Assembly (NCBI GenBank): GCA_036339465.1
Contig: JAYZAY010000003.1
Location: forward strand, 1 to 46,091
Direction: 5' to 3'
DNA: 46,091 bases
Origin: Myxococcota bacterium
Lineage (GTDB): Bacteria; Myxococcota; XYA12-FULL-58-9; JABJBS01
Below the pieces are notes generated by a model. It saw only the letters and a program-made list of their open reading frames with translations, made no database searches and was not told the origin of the DNA. How positions within the stretch are numbered: position 1 is the stretch's first letter; each line of letters begins with the position of its first letter. The position numbers and the translations under genes are program-made. Of this stretch, positions 1-11,296 are shown in pieces.

Positions 1-56
1 CCTTGCTTCAAAATGATTGCCATCACCAATATTAGAAATCACAAGCCGCCCCAGAG

Positions 57-989
57 TCAGCTTCGATTCCGCCACACCACAAGACCGTAGGCTTCATGAA
101 AATGCGAACCAAAGCCCAAACGTCGTTCCTCAAGAACCTCAATTTCACCCGCCTTTTCGAGTTCCTTAAGGCCTCCATGAAAGCCGTTCAAATAATTTCG
201 TTTTCGGTGATATTGAAGGGCTACGTGATCAAAAAGCGCATTGGGATCATAAAAGGCATCGATAGGTTCGATATGAATACAAACATCGGGATTGCCCTTG
301 ACGATGAAATCGAGAACACTTTGCCAACTGTCCCCCAACTGCTCCATGGAATGCATCGTGAGACATGCACTCTTAGACCCCAGAGTGAGATTCTCCTGAC
401 CCTCTCCATTCAGCATATTAAACCACTCGCCGCGGAGATTCAGGCCCGACTCATTGGCGATCACCTCCAGTAACTGCTGAGATGCTCGCGCCCAATCAGA
501 ACCTATCAATTCCTTGTCCGGAAAGATTTGGCCCAGCATATAGAGATTGCTCCCGGTTCCACACCCAAGCTCGACAATCTTATCCACATCGCTGAGATAT
601 CGGCGGAAGATTAACTCCTTAAGAATATTGTAGAGACGATACTCAAAACGAGGGTCACTCACTTCCACGTAGTTCCCGCCAAACCGCATCGTTGAATACT
701 GGAAATACTGGGGAGCCAAAGCTTCCTTACTAACACCTTTGACTTTCACGCGCTCCAAGACCTCAGACCAACCCTGCTCCCAAGGAGTAGAATCATTCTC
801 ACCGGAAACCCGTAGGCCGTCGCTTTCTAGTCGCTGAAACGCCTTTAGAAATGCCTCATCTCGTTCGTTGCCACTCAAGGGACGATAACGAAGCTCCTCC
901 AGAGTTTGAACATCAATATACTCGCCCACCTGTGATTCTGCGATACCCAAGATCGCTGCTACATCTTTTGCTCTAACGTCTTCGTACAT
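57..989 (-). CDS. Class I SAM-dependent methyltransferase (glycan-cluster associated)
   Basis: 310-aa ORF with SAM motif I VELGCGTG, followed by LIGSDW. Confidence 0.8.
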   Translation of the reverse strand: MYEDVRAKDVAAILGIAESQVGEYIDVQTLEELRYRPLSGNERDEAFLKAFQRLESDGLRVSGENDSTPWEQGWSEVLERVKVKGVSKEALAPQYFQYSTMRFGGNYVEVSDPRFEYRLYNILKELIFRRYLSDVDKIVELGCGTGSNLYMLGQIFPDKELIGSDWARASQQLLEVIANESGLNLRGEWFNMLNGEGQENLTLGSKSACLTMHSMEQLGDSWQSVLDFIVKGNPDVCIHIEPIDAFYDPNALFDHVALQYHRKRNYLNGFHGGLKELEKAGEIEVLEERRLGFGSHFHEAYGLVVWRNRS

Positions 990-997
990 GACTCCCC

Positions 998-1957
998 CTA
1001 CGCTCCGATCAAGGCAACTTCACCCGAGTAACTATTCGAACTATCGCCACTCTCTCGAAATTGGCGAAATGAGTTGGAGGTCGATAACCACTTATCGGTC
1101 CCCCCGCTTAACCAATCCTCAACCGAGATATAATTTTTCAGACGGGGTGTGTCCAAGAAGTGGTCCGAGTCTAAGATCTCATGGGATAGAAATCTAAAAT
1201 CCAAAGATAACCTAGGACCGCCGCGTTGAGATGTTCGATGGAGTAAATAGGGATCCGAAAAATAGAGACACCCTGGCTCCAAACGAATGTCGTAACTACG
1301 TCCACGCTTCGCAAGCTCTGCACCATTGGAAAAATCATTTAATGGGGCAATCAATTCACCGGGAAAAACATCAGGTTCCACAAATTCGATCCCCGACTTC
1401 TCCAAATCTCCACCAAGGGTGAGAAATACCATCATGCCATTGGATGGTTCCGCCGCCCAGACATCGCTATGAAACTTACTGGTCGCTCGGTTTCGATGAC
1501 GATGGACCACGTCGGTTTTTCCGCCCACAATTCGAACACTCAATGGAAGATGAACCCCGCTGGCATGGTGGTTTAGAAAGTGGGAAGACATCGAAGCCAT
1601 ACTGGCATGCACTGCGTTAAAGGATTTGATATTCTCGACCTTGGGCAACACCAAACCATTGGGCGTGCGATTCCCCAGGGTCACCAGCTCTGGGGGCATT
1701 TCTTCGATCAGTCCTCGACCATCGGTGACACCTTCAACGCCGTCAGCGATGAGCGAATCGGCCAGATACTGCTCCACCGACTCTTTCACTCCCCTAAGCT
1801 GCGTTTCGTCTAATCGAATTCCCTTAAATAAAGGGTAGTCAAAATCTAGGTCAAAGGACGAACAAATACGATCCAGTCGCTCCGCACGCCGGCACATACC
1901 TTCACGGGTCACGTCCTTCGCCTCAATCACGTCCTCAATGCTTAATGCCGACCTCAA
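998..1957 (-). CDS. Putative 2OG-Fe(II) oxygenase-fold protein
   Basis: HxD (KFHSDVW), distal His (LLHRT) and RxS (RLSLDFR) motifs in the expected order; GGAGGAGG RBS upstream; 8 bp from the methyltransferase gene. Confidence 0.55.
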   Translation of the reverse strand: MRSALSIEDVIEAKDVTREGMCRRAERLDRICSSFDLDFDYPLFKGIRLDETQLRGVKESVEQYLADSLIADGVEGVTDGRGLIEEMPPELVTLGNRTPNGLVLPKVENIKSFNAVHASMASMSSHFLNHHASGVHLPLSVRIVGGKTDVVHRHRNRATSKFHSDVWAAEPSNGMMVFLTLGGDLEKSGIEFVEPDVFPGELIAPLNDFSNGAELAKRGRSYDIRLEPGCLYFSDPYLLHRTSQRGGPRLSLDFRFLSHEILDSDHFLDTPRLKNYISVEDWLSGGTDKWLSTSNSFRQFRESGDSSNSYSGEVALIGA

Positions 1958-2199
1958 ATCGCCCTCCTCCCACTAACTTCATGTGCTCTCTGAGCTTCCG
2001 CTGCCATGGGACAAGGAGAACCGGAACACACCTCAGAAAAGCATCGACCGAAAGTCAAAAAACTTCAATTATTTGACCCCGAAGGGTCGTGAGGATTGCC
2101 ATTGCCTGTCCGCCTCACTCCCGACAAGGAAGGTCCAGTGAACGAACCTTGACTTAATCTCGACCTCCGATAATTTCTCTGGCGTTCGCCACCATCCAA

Positions 2200-3210
2200 A
2201 TGACATCGGACTCAATGAAAGCGGGCCCCAAAAAGATGAACTTCCCAAAACTCTCAAAAAGCCAACATTTTAACTTTTGCGTCGCCAATCACCCTCTCAA
2301 GTCCGTGCTTAAGCTTGAGGACTTAGTTCGGAACCTCCAGGCTCCACTGGTGGAACTGGGCCAATCCGTCGGGCTCTCCTACCAAGATATCAGCCTGCAA
2401 GGAGTCAATATTTTCTTTGAATACTTCGAGAATGCGGCGGTGGACCTCTTCAACAAGTTTACTCAAAAAGGAATTCCCTATGGAATCATCTGCACCGAAC
2501 GCGTGCTTGGAGAAACCCTGAACGGTTACTCCAAAGACAATCCCGGCGACTGGCTCGTCACCCCAGAACAAGATCCCGAAGGCAAGGGACTCACGTGGCT
2601 CGACCGTTACCGGAATTTTCTTGAAGTGGCGAAGAAAGCCCAATTCATCTGGTGCATCTATCGAGACTCAGTGCCCGCGCTCCAACAACGACTCGGTCAT
2701 GAACGTGTTTACTATCTGCCCCTCGGCTACAGTTCACAACTGAGTGATGGCCCCGTCCATCGCTCGACCAGACGAGAATTCGACCTCTTCTTCGTGGGAA
2801 AAACCACGCCCTATCGAAGTCAAATACTGGAAAAGCTAAAACAAGCTGGACTTACGGTATCCCACCAAGAAGGATACCTACCTGCCTATATTCGAAGTTC
2901 AGTCCTAGCCCGAAGTAAGATTTCCCTCTCCCTAAAGATGGCCCCGGACTGGGCTGTACCTTCCCCCAACCGCATTGCTTACCTCCTAAGCAACGAAGCC
3001 TGTGTCGTGGCTGAAAAAATGGACTATGTCCTAGAAACGGACAACTACATCGAGCTCGTAGAATCAGACGAACTCATACAACGTTGTGTTTCTCTCATCG
3101 AATCCGGGGATTGGGAGACCCTAGGCACGAAAAACGCCCAGCGTTTTCGGGAAGAGCTAAATATGACAACCTTGATGGGAAAACTCCTGTCAGAAATGAC
3201 AGAAGGCTAG
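2200..3210 (+). CDS. GT-B glycosyltransferase-like protein (CgeB / Glyco_trans_1_2-like)
   Basis: YLPLGYS...FDLFFVGKTTPYR...LARSKISL...PNRIAYLLSN pattern. The exact start is uncertain. Confidence 0.65.
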   Translation: MTSDSMKAGPKKMNFPKLSKSQHFNFCVANHPLKSVLKLEDLVRNLQAPLVELGQSVGLSYQDISLQGVNIFFEYFENAAVDLFNKFTQKGIPYGIICTERVLGETLNGYSKDNPGDWLVTPEQDPEGKGLTWLDRYRNFLEVAKKAQFIWCIYRDSVPALQQRLGHERVYYLPLGYSSQLSDGPVHRSTRREFDLFFVGKTTPYRSQILEKLKQAGLTVSHQEGYLPAYIRSSVLARSKISLSLKMAPDWAVPSPNRIAYLLSNEACVVAEKMDYVLETDNYIELVESDELIQRCVSLIESGDWETLGTKNAQRFREELNMTTLMGKLLSEMTEG

Positions 3211-3227
3211 GCCCTTGGGTGCTGGTC

Positions 3228-4814
3228 CTAACAGGCCAATCGCACCACCTCGTCGGCATCCACAATGGTCGCGTCAGGAGACTTCCCGCGCTTCACCCAC
3301 TCCTTAACGCCCCTAGAAAGATTCGCTCCTCCCCCGTCACAGGCAAGAAGAACACAGTCATAATTTCCAGTTTGAAGGACATTCATACCCTCGAGAAAAA
3401 GCCCCTCTAAAAACTCAGTCCCTGAAAGGGCCACCCGAGGCTCGACCACATGGGCCACACGACCATTTAAACTTCGAGCACACACCCGAGCCAAATTCCC
3501 CGAGCCAACCACCACGATAGTCTTGGATTGCTGATCCACAGTGTCCTGCAAAACTTTCAGAAAACTTTCCCGGCTGAAAGAAACCTCAGTATCCTTCGTA
3601 TCCTGAGAAGCCTGTTCCTTCTTATAGTCTGCCCATGAAAATTCGACCAAGGCATTCAGAGATTCACCTAGGTTCTTAAAGCCATGTTCAGAACCCGGCA
3701 TCAGTAGATGCTGCGGCTGCTCGAACTCGACCCCTGCTAGATGCTCATTGAGGTCTGGTACCGAAACCTCAGCGGTCTGACGAGCATGCTGACGGCGTAA
3801 GCCGTTTTGAATAATGTTCTTAACATTCTCTTGAAGCTCCCGAGGTTGAGCCTGAAAGAGCTGAGCAAATTGCTCTTGCTGCTCGGAAACATCTATACCC
3901 TTTCGAGCCAAATTAGCGAGCTCTTCCTGCATTTGTGTAAAATAAATAGAGCTCCGAACAGTGTAAGGAAGCTCCAATTGCTCTTGAACACGCATCAGGC
4001 TGGCCGCCACACAATTGGGCCACAAATAAAAGGGTATAGGCATGGAAGAGAGCAATTCATCCCGAGCCCAATCCACCCACTCTTGATATTCCGGCATCGT
4101 CGTTTGCAAATCGTGCAGCTGCTGACTGGTGTTTTCCCGCCACTGACCGAAAATCGCCAGCGGCTCATCTAAAAAGAGAAATTTCTCCACGTGGCTCAGG
4201 GAATAACAGGCGATATTGTAATCTCCCATATGCCCATGGGGGTAAATGGTTTCGAACTTGTGAATCAAGCCCTGTACAAGTCGGGTTCGGTAAAATGCAT
4301 TGGTGTTCATAGGCGTCGAGGGTAAAAGCTCGATGACCTCAAACATGGAGGCCAAATGAGCGTGGGAGTCTTCCTCGTAAACCTTGCCGGTAAACCCAGG
4401 AATGACCAGGGTATTTTTCACCGCATCATCGTGCCAATTATCGAAATAATACAGCCCTTCCCGCTGAAACGTCAGGATATCCGCATCATGGGCAGTAAGG
4501 ATTTTATGGGCTTTTTCCAAGGCATCGGGAACCAGCGCATCATCATCACAAAAGAGAAGCACAAACTCGCCCTTGGCCTGCATAAAGGACACCTCCAAGA
4601 AGTGCTCCTTCTCAATCCACTCATCCGCCTTTTAATAACGGACCCGGGGGTCCCCTAGGGCTTCCACCCTCTCTTGAGTATCGTCACTGGAGAAATTATC
4701 ACATACCACCACTTCAAAATCCCCAAAGGTTTGATTCAGAATCGTGGGAAGTGCGCTGTTAAGAACCAGATCCGCTCGATTTCGAGTAGGTAAGACAATC
4801 GTAAAAAAAGGCAT
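3228..4814 (-). pseudogene. Family 2 glycosyltransferase split by one in-frame TAA (4632-4634)
   Basis: ORF 4632-4814 (FTIVLPTRNR...VVVCDNFSSD) and ORF 3228-4598 (AKGEFVLLFCDDD) are in the same frame. Read-through gives DPRVRY*KADEWIEKEHFLEVSFMQAKGEF. AGGAG RBS precedes 4814. Confidence 0.8.
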
Positions 4815-5066
4815 GCTCTCCTCCTAGGAGGCTTCATCGACGGATCCACCCAATCCTTAAGTCCAATTCGTTTGCCTTCGATCCTCCTCAGAAATTGTCC
4901 CCAACGCCCGTGCCCTTTGCCCCAGAGCACACCGATTTACCAGAAATGGAATTTACCCCCATGATGTTATAACGAAGTATCAATGCAGCAAAGTTTGAAA
5001 CACGGTCGCCTGAAACCCACGACTCCCAATTCATCAAGGCCGGACTCCAAATAACGGAATGTATCC

Positions 5067-8000
5067 ATGACCACCGACTTCACCGCGGAAGAACTCTTTA
5101 AAGCTGGAAACTACGGAGCCGTGGTAAAGCTCAATCATCCAGATGCATGGCAAACCTTCGCCGCTCAGGGCCTCATTGGCCTCGGGCAAAAAGCCCTTAC
5201 GGGCTTGGCTGCATTCAACGGGCCCGAGGTGGACTTCTACCGAGCCGTCATCCACTGGATGGAAGGTGAAACCACAGAAGCCAAAGATATCCTCAAAGCA
5301 CTTTCAGACCCCCACGCACAAAACCTATTGGAACTGATTAAACGCCCGGTCATCCGGGTACTGAGCCAATTGAGCTGGCGAAGAACCGGGCCCCAAGATT
5401 TACTCACCGGAATTCAACCCGACCCACAATTCCAGGTACGTAATATCAGCCATGACCCGGGCGACCTTACCCTAAACCCCCAAGCGGACATCACAACCTA
5501 CTATCGGCCCCACGAACCCCCAGACTTTTTTGTGTGCCAAAAAGTGGAGTGGCACACCCTTCCCCAGAATCTGCCAGACCTACCCTGTCCGATTTTCGGC
5601 GAATCCAGCGACTATGATGCGCACCTTCAAATCATCGAGCCTTGGCTTAAAATCTTCGACGAAATGATTGCCTCAGATCCCATTGAATACCGAGACATCA
5701 AGAAGTTGGTTCACCCAACCCCAGTGTCCATGTATCCCAAGATTTTCGGCGTTCCAGACAACCTCCCCCCCATAAACCCAGGCCACCGCCCCCTGGATTT
5801 CTTTATCTCAGGTTCCATTACCAATCCCTACTGGCCTGAAAAATCCGCTCTTCTCTACCCCATTGCAACCGATCCCCAACTTGAGAAGAGGATGATTTTG
5901 GGATTCTTAACCACCGGTTCATACCACGCCCTCCTAAACGCAACCAAAGTGTCGGTGAGCAGCCTAAGACGCCCCTTTATGCCCACCCGTGCCCTAGAGG
6001 CCCTCGCCATGGGCTGTGCCGTGGTGCTTCAAAAAGATTCCGTTTTAAACCTTTACGTGAAAGGCGAAATGGGAACCGTTCCCTTCGACAATACCCCCGC
6101 AGAACTCACTGAAAAAATACGCGACGTCAACGAAAACTGGGAACTCTATCGCTCACAAGTGGAACAGGGAGCCAAGTACATCCGCCGCGAATTCAATCTC
6201 CAAAGAGTTGCCTCCCAGTATTTCCGGTTTCTAACCTTTCTCGCCGCCAAACCTCGGATCCCTAGAAAGAAAGAGTTCATCGCCCCGCCCCCGAAACGGC
6301 TGGTGATTAAATCGGGATGGCTGCCCTCCGAGGAGGCCTGTGTCAGCAACAGGAATATCACCCTCCAAACCCTCAAGGCTCAGCTTCAAGACTCGCCCTC
6401 GGTGCGTACCCTCATTGATTTTACCCGGGAGCTCGTCCTGCTCATGGCTTCAGAAACCCCGAAGGGCCAACGTCTGCCCGAGCAGTTTCATCCGATTCTA
6501 AAAACCGCACTGGCCTTCTATCAAAAAGGCCTCAAAGGCTACCCGAGGTCCCTGGTCCTACGCTTCAATTACCTCCGAGTACTCTTCCATCTCGGAACCC
6601 AACAAGAGCGAGACGAAGTACAGCAACTTGGACACGCAATATTGAACCAACCATTGGACTATTGGACCATAGACCCCCTTGAAGACATCTTCCCTTGGGA
6701 TTTCTTTGGGCGGAATTTCAACTATCGAAGATATCTCGATGCCCTCACCCAACATGCAGTGAATCAAGCAACGGTGGAGGGGGAATTGCTCAATACCATC
6801 TACGCATCAATCCACCATTACATGGGACAATGTAAACCCAACATCGTCGACTTCGAACAAGCCCATGCCCTAGACCCGAGCTTCGCTGACTACAAACTCA
6901 GCCTGGCCACAGAACGATTGGGGAGCCCAGAAAACCAAGAAAAACACAAAGCCGTTCGTATGCTGGAAGAACTCATCCAAGGTTCCGTCTGCTATGGGGA
7001 GGCCTACGACCTTCTGGAAACCTACCAAAAACAGACAGGAAACCCCTCCGAAGCCTTCAATGCACTGGCCCAATCCATGGGCGAAATTCAACAAAACACC
7101 ATCAACATCGCAAGATTCGATACCTGCATCGAAAATGCCATCGATCGACTTATTCCCGAGGATTTTGCCCCAGAACCAAGGGGGACCCTCAAACCATCCT
7201 CCACACCCGTTACGGCAATTCTATACGCTCGAGACTCAGCCCTTAGCCTAGAGCGCAGCCTCACATTGCTCATGGCTCAGACCCTCTCCGAGCAATTGGA
7301 AATCATTGTCTGTGACCACCCCGATTCTCAAAGCCAAGCATGGGTCAAAGAGAAGACCCGAAGTCACAAACACATTCGCTGGCTCCCCATTCCGAAAAAC
7401 TGCAGCTACGCCGAGGCGTTAAATCGATGTGTCGAAGAAGCCTCCCATCATTACCTGACCTTGGTGACCCCCCAACTCAATTTGACCTATAACGCGTTAG
7501 AGGTCCTAGCCACCCAGCTAGATACGCAGCCGCGATGGTCGCTGGCTTATGGAAACGTGGGTTTTTACCACGACCTCTCGGAAACGCAGCTCCATGATCC
7601 CCAATATCAAGCCAAACCTCGACTCGTGGAAACACGTCAACGGCCTTCCAGGTGCTGTTGGCCAAGCTTCACCCCTAGGGGGCTTTTCTACCAATTAGGC
7701 ATTGAGCCCACGGTCATGTGGAAACGAAGTATCCACGAGGAACTGGGATCATTCGATCCACTTTTTGATGACGCTGCCAGCTACGCTTTTTGGATAAAAA
7801 TGGGACTAAGTCACCAGCTAGGGCACGTTAGAGAAATCTTGGGCACCTACTACCAAGATCCCAAAAACCCTCCGCCGTGGCTTGCTCCTTTCTCCCCATC
7901 GGCACTTCGCGCCCACGAGGCCCTTTGGCCTAAGGGCTGGGGTTCCCAGCCCCAAAAACCACGCAGTCCCATCATTCCTGAATCCCTCGCAAGGATTGAA

Positions 8001-8216
8001 AGCACGGCAGAAATCACCCACCTATTGCAATTAAACAAAATCTCACTAGAAGAAGCAGTCCACCTCACCACCCAATTTCAATTGGCCCACGAACTCATTC
8101 TGGAACACGAATTCACCTTAGCAGATGCATTGGCTCAAGGGTGCATCAAAACATTTCCCATGGCCGATTCTCCAAACGCACTTAGACAAGAAATCGAACG
8201 TTTTCGAAAAAAATAA
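5067..8216 (+). CDS. Large multidomain glycosyltransferase (GT-B-like region, helical/TPR-like region, degenerate GT2 domain)
   Basis: 1049 aa. RALEALAMGCAVV is GT-B-like; VTAILYARD...LEIIVCD...ALNRCVEEASHHYL...MWKRSIHEELGSFD is GT2-like. Confidence 0.7.
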   Translation: MTTDFTAEELFKAGNYGAVVKLNHPDAWQTFAAQGLIGLGQKALTGLAAFNGPEVDFYRAVIHWMEGETTEAKDILKALSDPHAQNLLELIKRPVIRVLSQLSWRRTGPQDLLTGIQPDPQFQVRNISHDPGDLTLNPQADITTYYRPHEPPDFFVCQKVEWHTLPQNLPDLPCPIFGESSDYDAHLQIIEPWLKIFDEMIASDPIEYRDIKKLVHPTPVSMYPKIFGVPDNLPPINPGHRPLDFFISGSITNPYWPEKSALLYPIATDPQLEKRMILGFLTTGSYHALLNATKVSVSSLRRPFMPTRALEALAMGCAVVLQKDSVLNLYVKGEMGTVPFDNTPAELTEKIRDVNENWELYRSQVEQGAKYIRREFNLQRVASQYFRFLTFLAAKPRIPRKKEFIAPPPKRLVIKSGWLPSEEACVSNRNITLQTLKAQLQDSPSVRTLIDFTRELVLLMASETPKGQRLPEQFHPILKTALAFYQKGLKGYPRSLVLRFNYLRVLFHLGTQQERDEVQQLGHAILNQPLDYWTIDPLEDIFPWDFFGRNFNYRRYLDALTQHAVNQATVEGELLNTIYASIHHYMGQCKPNIVDFEQAHALDPSFADYKLSLATERLGSPENQEKHKAVRMLEELIQGSVCYGEAYDLLETYQKQTGNPSEAFNALAQSMGEIQQNTINIARFDTCIENAIDRLIPEDFAPEPRGTLKPSSTPVTAILYARDSALSLERSLTLLMAQTLSEQLEIIVCDHPDSQSQAWVKEKTRSHKHIRWLPIPKNCSYAEALNRCVEEASHHYLTLVTPQLNLTYNALEVLATQLDTQPRWSLAYGNVGFYHDLSETQLHDPQYQAKPRLVETRQRPSRCCWPSFTPRGLFYQLGIEPTVMWKRSIHEELGSFDPLFDDAASYAFWIKMGLSHQLGHVREILGTYYQDPKNPPPWLAPFSPSALRAHEALWPKGWGSQPQKPRSPIIPESLARIESTAEITHLLQLNKISLEEAVHLTTQFQLAHELILEHEFTLADALAQGCIKTFPMADSPNALRQEIERFRKK

Positions 8217-8265
8217 GTAGATATCAAGGGATTCGTTTTTCTTCATCAATGAATATTCAAGAGAC

Positions 8266-9231
8266 TCACTCTTCGACGCAATGATCACAAAACCACTCGT
8301 AAGTTCGTAAAAGACCTCTCTCCAATCCAAAACGAGGACTCCAACCCAAATCCGTCATGCGCGAAGAGTCCAAGAGACGTCTCAAAGCACCATCGGGTTT
8401 AGAAGTATCCACCCCAACCTTCCCATCATAATTCACGACATTGGCAATCGCGGTGGCCAAATCTAAAATCGACGTTTCTTGTCCACTCCCAATATTGACA
8501 AATCCACCCAAATCCTGAGCGCTGGATTTATTTAAAAGAAGTAAACAAGCCTCCACCAAATCATCCACATACAAAAAATCCCTCCGGGGCTGCCCAGATC
8601 CCCAGAGCACGACATTTTCCAAATCTGAAACCTTCGCTTCATGAAAACGTCTCATCAACCCAGCAATCACATGAGAGTTTTCCGGTTCGAAATTCTCAAA
8701 AGGGCCAAAGAGGTTACTCGGAACCACACCGATAAAATTGGTTCCGTGTTGCTTGTTGTAGGCCTCTACCAGTTTCATGCCCGCTATTTTAGCAATGGCA
8801 TAGGGCTCATTGGTGACCTCAATGGGGCCTGTGAGTAAAGCACTTTCGGGACAGGGTTGCGCAGCATCCTTGGGATACATACAGCTCGACCCAAGATACA
8901 AAAGACTCTTCACACCATGACGATGTGCCGCTTCAATCACATGGGTATTCATCGCCAAGTTCTGGTAAAGAAAGTCGGCCGGAAACTCACTGTTGGCCTT
9001 AATTCCCCCCACCAAACCAGCCGCCATGATCACGTGATCTGGCCGGGACACCTTGAAATATTCCTCTACCAGAAGGCCGTTTAATAGGTCGATTTCCTCT
9101 CGGGGCGGCGCAAAAAGATATCGATAGCCCTCGCGCCGCAAAATGCGATAAAAGGCCGATCCCACCATTCCGGTCGCTCCGAAAAGCACAATTCGTTCTA
9201 ATTGCTGCATCCTATCAATCCTCAGGCCCAC
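8266..9231 (-). CDS. fcl: GDP-L-fucose synthase family NADPH-dependent C4-reductase (Fcl/ColC/MlghC-like)
   Basis: GATGMVG, AAGLVGGIKAN, LGSSCMYP, NEPYAIAK, SHVIAGL, VVLWGSG...RDFLYVDD. The start is probably the ATG near 9210. Confidence 0.85.
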   Translation of the reverse strand: MGLRIDRMQQLERIVLFGATGMVGSAFYRILRREGYRYLFAPPREEIDLLNGLLVEEYFKVSRPDHVIMAAGLVGGIKANSEFPADFLYQNLAMNTHVIEAAHRHGVKSLLYLGSSCMYPKDAAQPCPESALLTGPIEVTNEPYAIAKIAGMKLVEAYNKQHGTNFIGVVPSNLFGPFENFEPENSHVIAGLMRRFHEAKVSDLENVVLWGSGQPRRDFLYVDDLVEACLLLLNKSSAQDLGGFVNIGSGQETSILDLATAIANVVNYDGKVGVDTSKPDGALRRLLDSSRMTDLGWSPRFGLERGLLRTYEWFCDHCVEE

Positions 9232-9318
9232 CTGACATCAAAGCCAAGCATACGTCAGTCTCGTTCATGGTAACAAGTTTTCCAGATATTTAAAGGAACT
9301 TGCTTTCTACTCCCACCA

Positions 9319-10530
9319 TTGGCAACGTTTGTTAAGTATCTCACTGTGGAGGATAAAGCGGTGACCATAAACATCCCCTTGATGTCCAATAATATCATCG
9401 AAACCGACCGGGCCGCCGTTATCGAATTTCTTCAAGGTGATCCCATCCTTACTCAATCGTCGAAAGTGCGCGAATTTGAAGCCGCGTGGTCTAAATGGCT
9501 GGGCGTCAAGCACAGTCTCTTCATCAACTCCGGTTCATCGGCAAATCTGCTCACCATTGCCGCATTTCGACATTTATACGGCGAAGGTGAGATTATCGTG
9601 CCCCCCCTGACCTGGGTATCCGATATTTCCGCCTGCCTCCACACCCAAATGAAACCCGTCTTCGTGGATATCACCCCCAAAACCTTGGCCATGAACCCAA
9701 GGTCAGTCCTCGATGCCATCACCAACAACACCAAAGCCGTCTTCCTTACGCACATCCTTGGCCTCAATGGCCTAAGCACCGAGCTACTGGAGGGGCTAAA
9801 GGAGCGCAACATCCCCCTCATCGAAGATGTTTGCGAATCCCACGGGGCCACCTTTCAAGGCAAGAGACTGGGTTCCTACGGAAAAGTCTCTAACTTTTCT
9901 TATTACTATGCCCACCACATGAGCACCATCGAAGGCGGTATGATTTGTACAAACGACGATGATATCTATGAAGTGGTGCGTATGCTGAGATCCCATGGGA
10001 TGGTTCGGGAAGCATCCCGGGAAGAGACAAAAAACCATTATAAAACAGCCTATCCAGATCTAAACCCGGATTTCATTTTCACCTATCCAGCCTTCAACAC
10101 CCGTAGCACGGAAATGAATGCTGTGATTGGTCTGAGCCAACTTCCCAGGTTGGACGCGAACAACGAGCTGAGAACGAGAAACTTTAAACTCTTTCTCGAT
10201 AATCTGGACTCCGAGAAATACTTCACCGATTTTGATATCGAAGGATCCGTGAACTACGCCTTTATTTTGGTTCTGCGAAACAAAGATCAAGCCCTCTGGG
10301 ATAGACTCAGCACCGCCCTTCGAGAGGCAAAGGTGGAATTTAGACGGGGAACCAGCGGCGGTGGCAACCAACTACGGCAACCCTATCTTCGGGATAGATT
10401 TCCCGAAAAATATTATGAAAAATTCGTAGAAACAGACCACGTCCATTTTTATGGTTGCTACATCGGAAATTACCCCACCCTAGAAACAGACAAGATACTC
10501 CAACTCTGCAAACTACTGAATCAACTCTAA
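9319..10530 (+). CDS. DegT/DnrJ-family PLP enzyme of the ColD type (sugar C3-dehydratase)
   Basis: NSGSSANL, EDVCESHG and FSYYYAHHMSTIEGG. His replaces the Schiff-base Lys, as in ColD/E1 dehydratases. Confidence 0.8.
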   Translation: MATFVKYLTVEDKAVTINIPLMSNNIIETDRAAVIEFLQGDPILTQSSKVREFEAAWSKWLGVKHSLFINSGSSANLLTIAAFRHLYGEGEIIVPPLTWVSDISACLHTQMKPVFVDITPKTLAMNPRSVLDAITNNTKAVFLTHILGLNGLSTELLEGLKERNIPLIEDVCESHGATFQGKRLGSYGKVSNFSYYYAHHMSTIEGGMICTNDDDIYEVVRMLRSHGMVREASREETKNHYKTAYPDLNPDFIFTYPAFNTRSTEMNAVIGLSQLPRLDANNELRTRNFKLFLDNLDSEKYFTDFDIEGSVNYAFILVLRNKDQALWDRLSTALREAKVEFRRGTSGGGNQLRQPYLRDRFPEKYYEKFVETDHVHFYGCYIGNYPTLETDKILQLCKLLNQL

Positions 10531-10548
10531 CATTTTGAAAAATATGAT

Positions 10549-11292
10549 TCACCCGCAACCAATTGTTTCAGCGCATCGTTCCCAATTGGCAAAAAAAGTT
10601 TGGGCTTCTTCAAGTGTATCCGGCAAGCCAATGTCGATAAATCTCCCCGAAGAACAAAATCCTTGAACACCCAAAGAAATTCTCTGGGGAAGCACCTCAC
10701 GCTCCATGGAAACCTCACCCTCATTGTGGATGGCTTCCAACACCTCTCGCGCGAAGAGATAAATCCCGGCGTTAATCCAGCCAGGCCCCGCCTTTTCGCC
10801 AGATTTCTCCTCAAAAGCCAAAACTCGGTGACTCTCACTTAACTCAACTCGACCGTAGCGCCCTGTATCATCCACTTTTCGAACCACCATAGAAACCTTA
10901 GCGCCACTCTCCACATGGGCCTTGATGAAGCCATTGAGATCCACCTCGCAAAAGGAGTCACCATTCATCACCAGGACCAAAGGATTAGAAACCGCCGGTA
11001 GAGCATAGCGAACCGCTCCCCCAGTGCCCCGCCTTTCTTTTTCCCGAGAATATTTGATGCGCATCCCGCCATAGGAATTGCCTAGACAATCCTCGATCTG
11101 CTCAGCGAGGTAGCCCGTCGCCAACACCGACTCCGAAACCCAAGCCTTAGACAATTCATCCAACAAATAGGTAATAAACGGGCGCCCACAAACCTCTGCC
11201 AAAACCTTCGGTCGGTCAGAGACAACCGTTCTTAAGCGCGTACCTAAGCCCCCTGCCAATAAAACTGCGGTCAATGATATCTCTTGGGTCAT
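10549..11292 (-). CDS. hddC: Sugar-1-phosphate guanylyltransferase, HddC-like (D-glycero-alpha-D-manno-heptose 1-phosphate guanylyltransferase)
   Basis: LLAGGLGTRLRTVVSDRPKVLA, GTGGA, VMNGDS, INAGIY, FIDIGLP. The start is placed at ATG 11292, just after the stop of the upstream gene. Confidence 0.75.
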   Translation of the reverse strand: MTQEISLTAVLLAGGLGTRLRTVVSDRPKVLAEVCGRPFITYLLDELSKAWVSESVLATGYLAEQIEDCLGNSYGGMRIKYSREKERRGTGGAVRYALPAVSNPLVLVMNGDSFCEVDLNGFIKAHVESGAKVSMVVRKVDDTGRYGRVELSESHRVLAFEEKSGEKAGPGWINAGIYLFAREVLEAIHNEGEVSMEREVLPQRISLGVQGFCSSGRFIDIGLPDTLEEAQTFFANWERCAETIGCG

Positions 11293-11296
11293 GGGA

